64,000 bases of DNA, from assembly GCA_035762345.1 (NCBI GenBank), contig DASTPE010000082.1, forward strand, positions 4,823 to 68,822. The letters run 5' to 3'. Below the pieces are notes generated by a model. It was given only the letters and a program-made list of their open reading frames with translations. It made no database searches and was not told where the DNA came from. Numbering within the stretch: the stretch's first letter is position 1; every line of letters starts with the position of its first letter. This stretch comes from Burkholderiales bacterium. GTDB taxonomy: Bacteria; Pseudomonadota; Gammaproteobacteria; Burkholderiales; SG8-39. The translations under genes and the position numbers were made by a program. Of this stretch, positions 1 through 10,655 are shown piece by piece.

Positions 1-480
1 CTGATCGTGTTCAAGTGGGTGCCGCCGATGGTGTTCACGCCGCTTTGGGTGGATCCCTGGCAGAACCTGCAGCAGCTGATCTGGCCGGCGCTCGCGGTCG
101 GCTACCGCTATTCCGCGGTCGGCACACGCATGATGCGCTCCGCCATGCTGGAAGTGCTGCGCGAGGATTACATCCGCACGGCGCGCGCCAAGGGATTGTG
201 GCTGAAGCTGATCCTCGCGCGCCACGCGCTCAAGAACGCGATCCTGCCGGTGCTCACCGTCATGAGCCTGGAGTTCGCCTTCCTGCTCGGCGGCCTGGTG
301 GTGACCGAGCAGGTGTTCAACCTGAACGGCCTGGGGATGCTGTTCGTGGAGGCGATCGCGCACCGCGATTACACGCTCACCCAGGCGCTCGTGATGCTGG
401 TGGCGACCTTTTTCCTGGTAGTGAACTTTTTCGTCGACATCGCGTACGCCTGGATCGATCCGCGCATCCGGTACAGATGA
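1..480 (+). CDS. ABC transporter permease, DppB/OppB family (N-terminus outside window)
   Basis: Frame 1 is open from nt 1 to the stop at 478-480. It encodes the C-terminal half of a binding-protein-dependent permease, with the EAA-loop-like segment EDYIRTARAKGL and hydrophobic helices. Confidence 0.85.
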   Translation: MIVFKWVPPMVFTPLWVDPWQNLQQLIWPALAVGYRYSAVGTRMMRSAMLEVLREDYIRTARAKGLWLKLILARHALKNAILPVLTVMSLEFAFLLGGLVVTEQVFNLNGLGMLFVEAIAHRDYTLTQALVMLVATFFLVVNFFVDIAYAWIDPRIRYR

Positions 481-495
481 AATGACGCTTGCGCT

Positions 496-1389
496 ATGGC
501 CGTTACTCCGCAAACCGTTGAGCAACTGACCCGCGCGCCACGCGCGCGCTGGATCTCGGCGGTCGTCGATTTCGTGCGGCGGCGTCCGCTCGGCGCCATC
601 GGCGGCGTCATCATCCTGATCATGGTGGTGCTCGCGGCGACGGCGGGATGGATAGCGCCCTACGATCCGCTGGAAACAGACTACGCGGCGATGATCTCGG
701 CGCCAAGCGCGGTGCACTGGCTCGGGACCGACGCGTTCGGCCGCGACGTCCTGTCGCGCATCATCTACGGCTCGCGTACGGCGCTGCTGGTCGGCCTGGG
801 CGCCTCGCTTCTCGGCGCCGTCCTCGGTTCCCTGATCGGCGTGGCGAGCGCCTACTTCGGCGGGCGAGTCGACCTGATCGTGCAGCGAATCATGGACGTC
901 TTCTTCGCTTTCCCGGTGATCATCCTCGCGCTCGCCGTCGTCGCGGTGCTCGGTACTGGCCCGGAAAACGTAATCCTCGCGATCGCAACGCCGATGGTGC
1001 CGCGTTGCGCGCGCGTCGTACGCGCAAGCGCGCTGGCCGTGCGCGAGATGCCGTACGTCGACGCCGCCCGCGCATCCGGCTTCGGCCATCGCCGCATCAT
1101 CTTGCGCCATATGCTGCCCAACGTCATGGCGCCCATCCTCATCATGGCGACCGCGTTTCTCGGCGAGGCGATCCTGCTCGAAGCGTCGCTGTCGTTCCTC
1201 GGCCTGGGCGTTCAGGAGCCGACCGCCGCTTGGGGACTGATGCTGCGCGGCGCGGCGGTCGAGTTCGCCGAAACGGCGCCGTGGATGGCGATCTTCCCCG
1301 GGCTTGCCATCAGCCTCGGGGTGTTCGGCTTCAACCTCTTCGGCGACTCGCTGCGCGACGCGCTCGATCCGCGTCTTCGCACACAGTAA
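496..1389 (+). CDS. ABC transporter permease, DppC/OppC family
   Basis: ATG at 496, 297 aa. N-terminal TM helix and the conserved loop AARASGFGHRRIILRHMLPN. Starts 15 nt after the upstream permease. Confidence 0.85.
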   Translation: MAVTPQTVEQLTRAPRARWISAVVDFVRRRPLGAIGGVIILIMVVLAATAGWIAPYDPLETDYAAMISAPSAVHWLGTDAFGRDVLSRIIYGSRTALLVGLGASLLGAVLGSLIGVASAYFGGRVDLIVQRIMDVFFAFPVIILALAVVAVLGTGPENVILAIATPMVPRCARVVRASALAVREMPYVDAARASGFGHRRIILRHMLPNVMAPILIMATAFLGEAILLEASLSFLGLGVQEPTAAWGLMLRGAAVEFAETAPWMAIFPGLAISLGVFGFNLFGDSLRDALDPRLRTQ

Positions 1390-1405
1390 AGAGCCGCTAA
1401 ACGCG

Positions 1406-2629
1406 CTACACGATTCCCGCGGAACGTAGCGCAGCGATCTCCGACGCAGTCTTATCGAGCAGGCTCATTAGAACTTCGTCGGTGTGCTGCCCCAGGCTCG
1501 GCGGTGGCATTTGGTGATCGACCGGTGTTTTCGAGAATCGCATGGGGCTTCGCACGAGCGATACGCTTCCGGCGCCCGGGTGCGCGAGCTCCATTCTCAG
1601 CCCGCGCGCGAGCGCCTGCGGCTCGCTGAAGACCTGAGCGAGATCGTTGATCGGCCCGCACGGCACGCCTGCAGCTTCGAGCCGTGCGATCCATTCTTTG
1701 GTGGAGCTTTTCAAGAAGACTTCGTTCAGCAGCCGGGTCAGCTCGATGCGGTTCTCAACGCGCTTGCCGTTGCTCGCGAAGCGAGGATCATCGGCGAGCG
1801 CCAAGCAGCCGGCCATCTCGCAGAACTTGCGGAACAGGTTGTCGTTGCCGCAGGCGAGGATGAGGCTCCCGTCGAGGGTACGGAACACCTGGTAGGGAGC
1901 GATATTCGGGTGGTCGTTGCCGAGGCGCCCGGGAGGCTTGCCTGTCGCCAGGTAATTTCCGCCCTGATTGGCGAGCACCGCGACGAGTGAATCGAACAGC
2001 GCCAAATCGAGGTGCTGGCCGACGCCGGTCTTCGCGCGATGCGCGAGAGCGGCGCAGACTGCGATGCTCGCGTACATGCCGGTAATCAGATCGGCAATCG
2101 GAATGCCGGCTTTCTGCGGCCCTCCGCCCGGACGGTCGTCGCGCTCGCCGGTGATGCTCATCAGCCCGCCCATGCCCTGGATCATGAAGTCGTAGCCCGG
2201 CCGTTCGCGCCATGGGCCCGTATGTCCGAAGCCGGTTACGGAGCAGTAGATTAGGCCGGGGTTCGTTTCGCGCAGCTGCGGGTAGCCAAGCCCGTAGCGG
2301 TCGAGGTCGCCGAACTTGAAATTCTCGAGAAGAACATCGCATTTCGCTGCCAGCTCTCGCGCGATCGCCTGGCCGCGCGGATGCGCGAGGTCGAGCGTGA
2401 GCGATTTCTTGCCTCGGTTGGCGCAGGCGAAGTACGCCGACTCCGAGGTGTCGCGGCCCTGCGCGTCCTTGAGCCAGGGCGGCCCGAACGCGCGCGAGTC
2501 GTCGCCTTTGTTGGGACGCTCGAGCTTGATGACCTCCGCGCCCAGGTCAGCCAGGTTCTGCGCGGCCCATGGACCCGCCAGCACGCGCGTCATGTCAAGA
2601 ACACGAACTCCGTCGAGGGGCCCCGGCAT
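1406..2629 (-). CDS. Family III CoA-transferase (CaiB/BaiF-like)
   Basis: The track ORF 1406..2875 was trimmed to the internal ATG at 2627-2629. The N-terminus MPGPLDGVRVLDMTRVLAGPWAAQNLADLGAEVIKLE is the typical CaiB/BaiF start. The upstream 82 codons are Arg/Ser-rich and look like junk. Confidence 0.85.
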   Translation of the reverse strand: MPGPLDGVRVLDMTRVLAGPWAAQNLADLGAEVIKLERPNKGDDSRAFGPPWLKDAQGRDTSESAYFACANRGKKSLTLDLAHPRGQAIARELAAKCDVLLENFKFGDLDRYGLGYPQLRETNPGLIYCSVTGFGHTGPWRERPGYDFMIQGMGGLMSITGERDDRPGGGPQKAGIPIADLITGMYASIAVCAALAHRAKTGVGQHLDLALFDSLVAVLANQGGNYLATGKPPGRLGNDHPNIAPYQVFRTLDGSLILACGNDNLFRKFCEMAGCLALADDPRFASNGKRVENRIELTRLLNEVFLKSSTKEWIARLEAAGVPCGPINDLAQVFSEPQALARGLRMELAHPGAGSVSLVRSPMRFSKTPVDHQMPPPSLGQHTDEVLMSLLDKTASEIAALRSAGIV

Positions 2630-2681
2630 CGGGCCGCAGTCTACTTGACGGTGATGTTGTTGTGCACGCTGCGCACGCCGT

Positions 2682-2885
2682 TCACGGTTTCTCGTACTCT
2701 TCGCGCGCCGCGAGGTATTCGGTCGGTGAGAGCTGGCGATCCCCGTTGACGTCGAACTGCACGAAGCGCTTGTAAATTTCCTGGTCCGCGAGCGCTTCGA
2801 CCCACGACAGGTAGCCGTCGCCGTTGCGATCGAGCGCAGGGAAGCCGGGCGGTTGCGCAAGCGCCGCCGCGCCATGGTCCGGCAC
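2682..2885 (-). CDS. Small EF-hand pair protein (no signal peptide; start uncertain)
   Basis: Two canonical EF-hand loops, DRNGDGYLSWVE and DVNGDRQLSPTE. GTG start without a clear SD. The ORF is in the same frame as the upstream HAD gene, 13 codons after its TGA. Confidence 0.45.
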   Translation of the reverse strand: MPDHGAAALAQPPGFPALDRNGDGYLSWVEALADQEIYKRFVQFDVNGDRQLSPTEYLAAREEYEKP

Positions 2886-2924
2886 GCTCAGCCCGCGTCG
2901 CGGGCCTATGACGCGAGTCGCACC

Positions 2925-3701
2925 TCAGCGACGCAGGAGGTGCTCGGCGAGCTCGGCGAACCCCGCACCGGATGCCGCGTGCGTCACGTATTTTGGCGCG
3001 TGGGAGAGGTGCAACTCGAACCGCCGGACGTTGGCAACCCCGACCGAGTTTTCGAAAAAGCCGAACATCGACGAGTCGTTGGGTGAATCCCCGGCGAACA
3101 CGACCTCGCGGTTTGCGGCGTCGAGGTCCATCGCGTAGCGCTCGGCAAAAAGCCGCCTCGTCATGGCGAGCTTGTCGTAATCGCCGAACCAACCGTTGAC
3201 ATGGATCGAGCTCACCTTGGCGGTCAGGCCCGCCTCGCGCATCAAGGCAGCGATGCGGCTCGCCGCCTCGAGGGGCAGCGGCGGCACGTCCTCGCAATAA
3301 TCGATTGCGAGGTCGGTCTCGCGATAAGGCTGGTCCGAGGCCAGGGCGCAACCCGGCACCGCGGCGACGATGTGCGCAGCGATCGCGTCCAGGCGCGCGC
3401 GCTTCTTTGCCCGGCTTTGCGGATCCTCGCAGAAGCGCTTGTGCAGCCGGTTGCCGCTGTGGAAAAAATAGAAGGCGCCGTTTTCGCCCACGACGGCGTC
3501 CACCGGCCACATCCGTGCGATGTGGTCGCACCACCCCGCCGGACGCCCGGTAACCGGCACCACCCGAAGCCCTCCGCGCTGCAAACGCTCGAGCGCGCCG
3601 TACGCTTGCGCTGTAAGCCGGCCGTGCGTGCTCAAGGTATCGTCGATGTCGACGAGCACCGCGCGCACACCCCGTGCGTCGAGTTCCGCAACCGGTCTCA
3701 T
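2925..3701 (-). CDS. HAD-IIB family hydrolase (sugar/polyol-phosphate phosphatase-like)
   Basis: HAD motif I VLVDIDDTL, motif II VPVTGR and motif IV FAGDSPND. The start was set to the ATG at 3699-3701, which forms an ATGA overlap with the glpD stop. Confidence 0.75.
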   Translation of the reverse strand: MRPVAELDARGVRAVLVDIDDTLSTHGRLTAQAYGALERLQRGGLRVVPVTGRPAGWCDHIARMWPVDAVVGENGAFYFFHSGNRLHKRFCEDPQSRAKKRARLDAIAAHIVAAVPGCALASDQPYRETDLAIDYCEDVPPLPLEAASRIAALMREAGLTAKVSSIHVNGWFGDYDKLAMTRRLFAERYAMDLDAANREVVFAGDSPNDSSMFGFFENSVGVANVRRFELHLSHAPKYVTHAASGAGFAELAEHLLRR

Positions 3702-5149
3702 CGGCCGACCACCCGCGCGACGCGAGCGCATTGCGCCTCCGTCATGTGCAGGCCGCACTTAGTGCGCCTCCAGAGCACGTCCTCAGCCGAGCGCGCCCAT
3801 TCTCGCTCCATGAAGTGGGCCAATTCGCGCTCGGTTAGCCCTGCGCCAAAGTCCTCGCCAAGCCGCCCATCGCCAAGCACCTTTGACGCAGCCGTCCCGT
3901 GGCGCCTGAATACGCCCTCCAGCACCGGCGAGGGTATTTGGCGGTAGCGCTCCGCTAGCTCGCGCTTTACCAGCTCTCGGCTCTCGAAATCGCTGCCAGG
4001 AAGCGGGGCCTGTGCCGTCCAGGGCGGCTTGAGTACCGGGAAGTATGGCGCGAGCTTCTCGAGTGCCTGCTCCGCAAGCCGCCGATAAGTGGTGATCTTG
4101 CCCCCGAATACCGAGAGCACCGGTGCTACTCCTGCGTCGTCGTCCACCCGCAAGGTATAGTCGCGCGTGATAGCCGAGGGATCCGCTGAGCCGTCGTCGT
4201 ACAGCGGCCGCACGCCCGCGTAGCACCACAGCGCCTCGGAAGGTGTCGGAGCGCGGACGAGATAGCGTCCGAGCGCATGGCACAGGTACTCGGCCTCTGC
4301 CTCGCTCGCGGTTAGCGCTCCAGGATCGCCGTCGTAGTCGACGTCAGTAGTTCCCACCAGCGTGAACCGATCCTCGAACGGAATCATGAAGACAACACGC
4401 CCGTCGTCATTCTGCAGTATGAAGGCGTGCTCGCCCTCGTAGAGGCGCGGCAGAACGATATGGCTGCCCTTGACCAGGCGCACCGAATCGCGCGTCGGCT
4501 GTGCGAGATTGCGATTCAGCACCTCCTTGACCCAGGGGCCTGCTGCATTGACGAGCGCGCGCGCCTGCACCACTTCACCGCTGGAGAGCTCGGCAGTCCA
4601 GGCGCCGTCGCGACGCCATGCGGAAACAAGCTCGGTTCGCGTCAGAATCCGCGCGCCGCGCTGTGCGGCGTCCAGCGCGTTTGCCACGACGAGGCGCGCG
4701 TCATCGACCCGGCAATCCGAGAATACGAAGCCGTGCCTGAGCTCCGGGCGCAGCGCGGATGAATACGGCGGACGGTCGAGCCTCACCGCCTGTGATCCCG
4801 GCAGAAGCGAGCGGCTCGCCAAATGGTCGTACAGGAAGAGCCCGATACGGATCATCCAGCGCGGGCGAAGACCCGGAAGGTGCGGCGCGACGAAGCGCGT
4901 AGGCCAGGTCAGGTGCCCCGCGATGCGCAGCAAGATCTCCCGCTCGGCGAGCGCTTCGGCGACCAACCGAAACTCGAACTGTTCGAGATAGCGCAAGCCG
5001 CCGTGGATCAGCTTCGAGGATGCAGAGGACGTGGCGCCGGCGAGATCGGCCTTCTCGACCAGGATCACGGAAAGGCCGCGGCCAGCGGCGTCGCGTGCGA
5101 TGCCGGCGCCGTTGATGCCGCCGCCAATCACGAGGAGGTCGTGGATCAT
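3698..5149 (-). CDS. glpD: FAD-dependent glycerol-3-phosphate dehydrogenase
   Basis: The N-terminus DLLVIGGGINGAGIARDAAGRGL...SSKLIHGGLRYLE is the GlpD dinucleotide fold. 483 aa. ATGA overlap with the kinase stop. Confidence 0.9.
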   Translation of the reverse strand: MIHDLLVIGGGINGAGIARDAAGRGLSVILVEKADLAGATSSASSKLIHGGLRYLEQFEFRLVAEALAEREILLRIAGHLTWPTRFVAPHLPGLRPRWMIRIGLFLYDHLASRSLLPGSQAVRLDRPPYSSALRPELRHGFVFSDCRVDDARLVVANALDAAQRGARILTRTELVSAWRRDGAWTAELSSGEVVQARALVNAAGPWVKEVLNRNLAQPTRDSVRLVKGSHIVLPRLYEGEHAFILQNDDGRVVFMIPFEDRFTLVGTTDVDYDGDPGALTASEAEAEYLCHALGRYLVRAPTPSEALWCYAGVRPLYDDGSADPSAITRDYTLRVDDDAGVAPVLSVFGGKITTYRRLAEQALEKLAPYFPVLKPPWTAQAPLPGSDFESRELVKRELAERYRQIPSPVLEGVFRRHGTAASKVLGDGRLGEDFGAGLTERELAHFMEREWARSAEDVLWRRTKCGLHMTEAQCARVARVVGR

Positions 5150-6660
5150 GCGAGCGGGATGCGCACGCCCACCGCGACGCCGTCGCCGCTCGCGAGGTTC
5201 GATGCGGCGATCGTTCCGCCGTGGAACTGCGCGATGAGCCGCGCCATGTAGAGCCCGAGGCCGAGATGCGGAGTTGCGGCGCCGAGCCCGTCGCGCACCG
5301 AGATCATCGACTCGAAAAGCCGCGTTCGCATTCTGTCGGGCAGAAGCGGCCCCTTGTTCGACACGGTAAGCGAGGCCACGTCATCGCTCCGCTCCAGCGT
5401 TACGCGCACCGGTGCACCGGGATGGCTAAAGTCCACCGCGTTCTCGACCAGCTTGTCGAGAAGCTGCGCCGCAAGGTCCGGCGAGCCTTGCACCTCGAGT
5501 CGGCCCGGTGGCAGCTCAAGGACAAAAGCGGACTGTGCATACGCCAGGCGGTACCCTTCGACGCAGCCGCGTACTACCGCCGAGAGATCGTAGCGGATAC
5601 GCTCGACGCCGCTCAGGCTCTGCTCGAGGCGCGATGCTTCGGTCATGCGCTCCAGGATCCGCCCCAGGCGAGCAAGCCCCTGCTCGGCGCGGTCGATGTA
5701 TCGCGCGGAGTCTTCGCCGGAGAGCTTCAGATTTTCCAATGACGAGCGCACGACGGCGATCGGGGTACGCAACTCGTGCGACAGACGCCCAGCCATCGAC
5801 TCAAGGTAGGCGTGGTGCTCGGCAAGGCGCTCGAGCACCGCAGAGAAGCTGCGCGACAGATCACCGATCTCGTCGCCAGCGTTGGAGCCGGCGGTGAGGC
5901 GCGTGATGCGCCCGCGTGCGTCGATCGCCGACTCCGCCTCGTCGCGTAGACGCCGAATCCGCACCGAGAGCCGCGTGGCGAAAGCCATGAGCAAGACAGC
6001 CGCACCCGCGAAGGCGGCCAGCGTTAACAGCAGCAGCCGCTCGAGCGCGGCGCTCTTCACCGACATCACCGAATTGGTCGTTTCCTCGGTCACGACGGCA
6101 CCCGTGACCTCGTCGCCGTTCCAGATGGGATGCGCGGCCGACATCACGATCGCGCGGCCGTCCCGCGTGTGCCGCGCGCGCGTCGCCGGCGTGCCCTGCA
6201 GCGCCGCCGCGACGTCCCACCCGGTGGCGAGCACGTCCTCCAACTGGCCCTCGGCGAAGTCCTCGGTCGGCCGGGGGATGAGCCAGCCGAACGAGAAGCT
6301 CACGAGGGGCTGCCACCACGGTGCTTCCAAGGCGACTTCGGTCGCCCGCCGCAGGCTCCCCGCCGAGGCGATGACCTGATAGCGGCCGTCCACCACCCAG
6401 ATCCGCGAGGAGGCGCGCTGCAGGCCAAGCAAGATGGCATCGACTTCGTCATCCCGCCCGGAAGCGCTCGCGAGCAACTGCGGACGCTCGTGCAACGCCG
6501 TCGCGACTGCGCGCGCCACGGCGAGCAGCGACTGTTCCTGCTCCTGCAATAAAAAGCGCTCCATTTCGTTTACGTACAGGATTCCGGCGAGCGGCAGCGC
6601 GGCCAAGGCGAGCAGCACCAGCGCGAGCTTGACTCGCAGGCTCAAGCGCAACCGCGTCAT
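5146..6660 (-). CDS. Sensor histidine kinase (periplasmic stimulus-sensing domain, ChvG-like)
   Basis: The track ORF was trimmed to the ATG at 6658-6660 (ATGA overlap with the regulator stop). Two TM helices, H-box RLSHELRTPIAVV, and an ATPase domain with GLGLYMARLI. Confidence 0.85.
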   Translation of the reverse strand: MTRLRLSLRVKLALVLLALAALPLAGILYVNEMERFLLQEQEQSLLAVARAVATALHERPQLLASASGRDDEVDAILLGLQRASSRIWVVDGRYQVIASAGSLRRATEVALEAPWWQPLVSFSFGWLIPRPTEDFAEGQLEDVLATGWDVAAALQGTPATRARHTRDGRAIVMSAAHPIWNGDEVTGAVVTEETTNSVMSVKSAALERLLLLTLAAFAGAAVLLMAFATRLSVRIRRLRDEAESAIDARGRITRLTAGSNAGDEIGDLSRSFSAVLERLAEHHAYLESMAGRLSHELRTPIAVVRSSLENLKLSGEDSARYIDRAEQGLARLGRILERMTEASRLEQSLSGVERIRYDLSAVVRGCVEGYRLAYAQSAFVLELPPGRLEVQGSPDLAAQLLDKLVENAVDFSHPGAPVRVTLERSDDVASLTVSNKGPLLPDRMRTRLFESMISVRDGLGAATPHLGLGLYMARLIAQFHGGTIAASNLASGDGVAVGVRIPLA

Positions 6661-7346
6661 GCCTGCCAGCGATACCCCATGCCGTATACCGTATCGATGG
6701 CGTCGAAGCTCGGGTCGACGGCAATGAACTTTCTGCGGACGCGCTTGATGTGAGAAGTGATCGTGCCATCGTCGACCACCAGGTTCGCTTCGCGCATTAG
6801 CTGCTCCCGGGTCTTGACGTGCTCGGGAAACTTGGCGAGCGCGTGCACCATCCAGAACTCGGTCAGCGTCAGCGGCACCGCCACGCCGCGCCACGTAACC
6901 GTGAAACGCTTGAGGTCGATCGCGAGCGCGCCGCGCTCCAGTCGCTCCGGCGCCGCGGTCGTGTCGGCGGAGAGCTCGGCGCGGCGGAACAGCGCCGCAA
7001 TGCGCGCAAGCAAGTGGGGCAGGCTCACGTCCTTGGTCAAATAATCGTCAGCGCCGAGCCGCAACCCGGCAACCGCATCGAAGTCGCTGTCGCGCGCCGT
7101 GAGGAAGATGATGGGCAGTGCTGCGGACAGGGCGCGCAGTTCGCGGCAAAGCGCAAACCCGCCGTCGACGTCGGCGCCAAGCCCGATGTCGATAAGGGCA
7201 AGATCGGGCAGCCGGGTCCTCATTGCGGCGAGCGCCTCGGTGCGCCCCCCGTACGCGGTGACCTCGAAACCGTGCTTACGCAGTGCCTCCGTGTAGTTCG
7301 CGCGGATGGCCGGTTCATCCTCGACGATAGCGATGCGACGCGACAT
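6657..7346 (-). CDS. OmpR/PhoB-family response regulator
   Basis: Receiver domain with IAIVEDE, LALIDIGL, FLTA and YLTKD, plus a winged-helix C-terminus ending VYGMGYRW. Confidence 0.9.
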   Translation of the reverse strand: MSRRIAIVEDEPAIRANYTEALRKHGFEVTAYGGRTEALAAMRTRLPDLALIDIGLGADVDGGFALCRELRALSAALPIIFLTARDSDFDAVAGLRLGADDYLTKDVSLPHLLARIAALFRRAELSADTTAAPERLERGALAIDLKRFTVTWRGVAVPLTLTEFWMVHALAKFPEHVKTREQLMREANLVVDDGTITSHIKRVRRKFIAVDPSFDAIDTVYGMGYRWQA

Positions 7347-7436
7347 GGCGACGACTATAGCGCGAACGTGATGGTCATCGACCCGACGCCCCCGGTTTGC
7401 CAGAATTCTTCGCCGCTTTGCCCGCGCTGCGACTCC

Positions 7437-7787
7437 ATGGACGAGGCTCCATTGGTTTCAATGGGTGCCAACGCCGAGATCATGGACGTCGAACAACCAC
7501 CGAAACCTGCCCTGCCGCTGCTCGCGCTACTTGCGCTCGCTTCGGCGCTCGGCATCGCAGTGGCAGTGGCCCTGGCCGCAGTGGCGATGATGCTCGCGGC
7601 GCCAGCCTACGCAGACGACGGCTTCACGCGCGGCATCGGCGCACCCAAGCCCGCACTGCTCACGCCGAGGCCCGGCGCAAGCGTAGTCGAGCGCACGGCG
7701 CTCATCGGGGCGGGCGAAACGCTGCGCGTCGAGGTCGAGTGCCCCGCGCGCGGGCCGCGGCGGCGTGTTCTTGCTAGGTGCTGCTAG
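7437..7787 (+). CDS. Hypothetical small secreted protein (weak call)
   Basis: An internal ATG of track ORF 6819..7787. Contains a signal-peptide-like segment LPLLALLALASALGIAVAVALAAVAMMLAAPAYA followed by about 60 aa. No recognisable family. Divergent from the response regulator. Confidence 0.3.
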   Translation: MDEAPLVSMGANAEIMDVEQPPKPALPLLALLALASALGIAVAVALAAVAMMLAAPAYADDGFTRGIGAPKPALLTPRPGASVVERTALIGAGETLRVEVECPARGPRRRVLARCC

Positions 7788-7816
7788 CCTTCTTCAATTG
7801 CTCAAGCGCGCCGCCG

Positions 7817-7846
7817 TTGCGGCCGCAATTTAGTCCCTCCGGACTA
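7817..7846 (-). terminator. Weak hairpins at the end of the atp operon
   Basis: On the minus strand, UAGUCC-GGAG-GGACUA overlaps the atpC stop codon and is followed by the self-complementary UUGCGGCCGCAA. There is no U tract. Confidence 0.25.
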
Positions 7847-8263
7847 TTTCTTGCGCATCTTGCGAATCGCAGCCAGCTGCGCCGCAAGCATCGACACCTC
7901 GCTCTCGACCGCCGCGATTTCCTGCTTGTCGCGGGCCGTGCGGCGCGCCTCCTCGGCCTTCCGCAGCGCCTCGTTGGCCTTGGCCTCGTCGAGGTCGTGC
8001 CCGCGGATGGCCGTATCGGCAAGCACCGTGATCACCTTGGGCTGAACCTCCAGGATGCCACCCGCCACGAAAATGAGTTGCTCCTCTCCCCCGCCGGGCG
8101 GCACAATGCGCACCGCACCGGGCCTGATGCGCGTGATAAGAGGGGTGTGGCGCGGATAGATGCCGAGCTCTCCCGCCTCGCCCGGCAGCACGACGAACTC
8201 CGCCTCGCCGGAGAACACCGACTCTTCGGCGCTGACGACATCAACGTGAATAGTGTTTGCCAC
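7844..8263 (-). CDS. atpC: F1 ATP synthase subunit epsilon
   Basis: 139 aa, GTG start. Typical epsilon N-terminus [30 protein letters not shown]. Last gene of the atp operon. Confidence 0.9.
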   Translation of the reverse strand: MANTIHVDVVSAEESVFSGEAEFVVLPGEAGELGIYPRHTPLITRIRPGAVRIVPPGGGEEQLIFVAGGILEVQPKVITVLADTAIRGHDLDEAKANEALRKAEEARRTARDKQEIAAVESEVSMLAAQLAAIRKMRKK

Positions 8264-8269
8264 TAGTTC

Positions 8270-10652
<2,383 letters not shown>

Positions 10653-10655
10653 CGG

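Noticed and set aside
2925-2927. Selenocysteine decoding of the HAD TGA
   Set aside because: The downstream hairpin is only 6 bp with a 3-nt loop and starts about 20 nt after the UGA, unlike a bacterial SECIS element. No selenoprotein of this family is known to me, and no sel genes are in the window. I kept it only as a generic readthrough or split-gene possibility.
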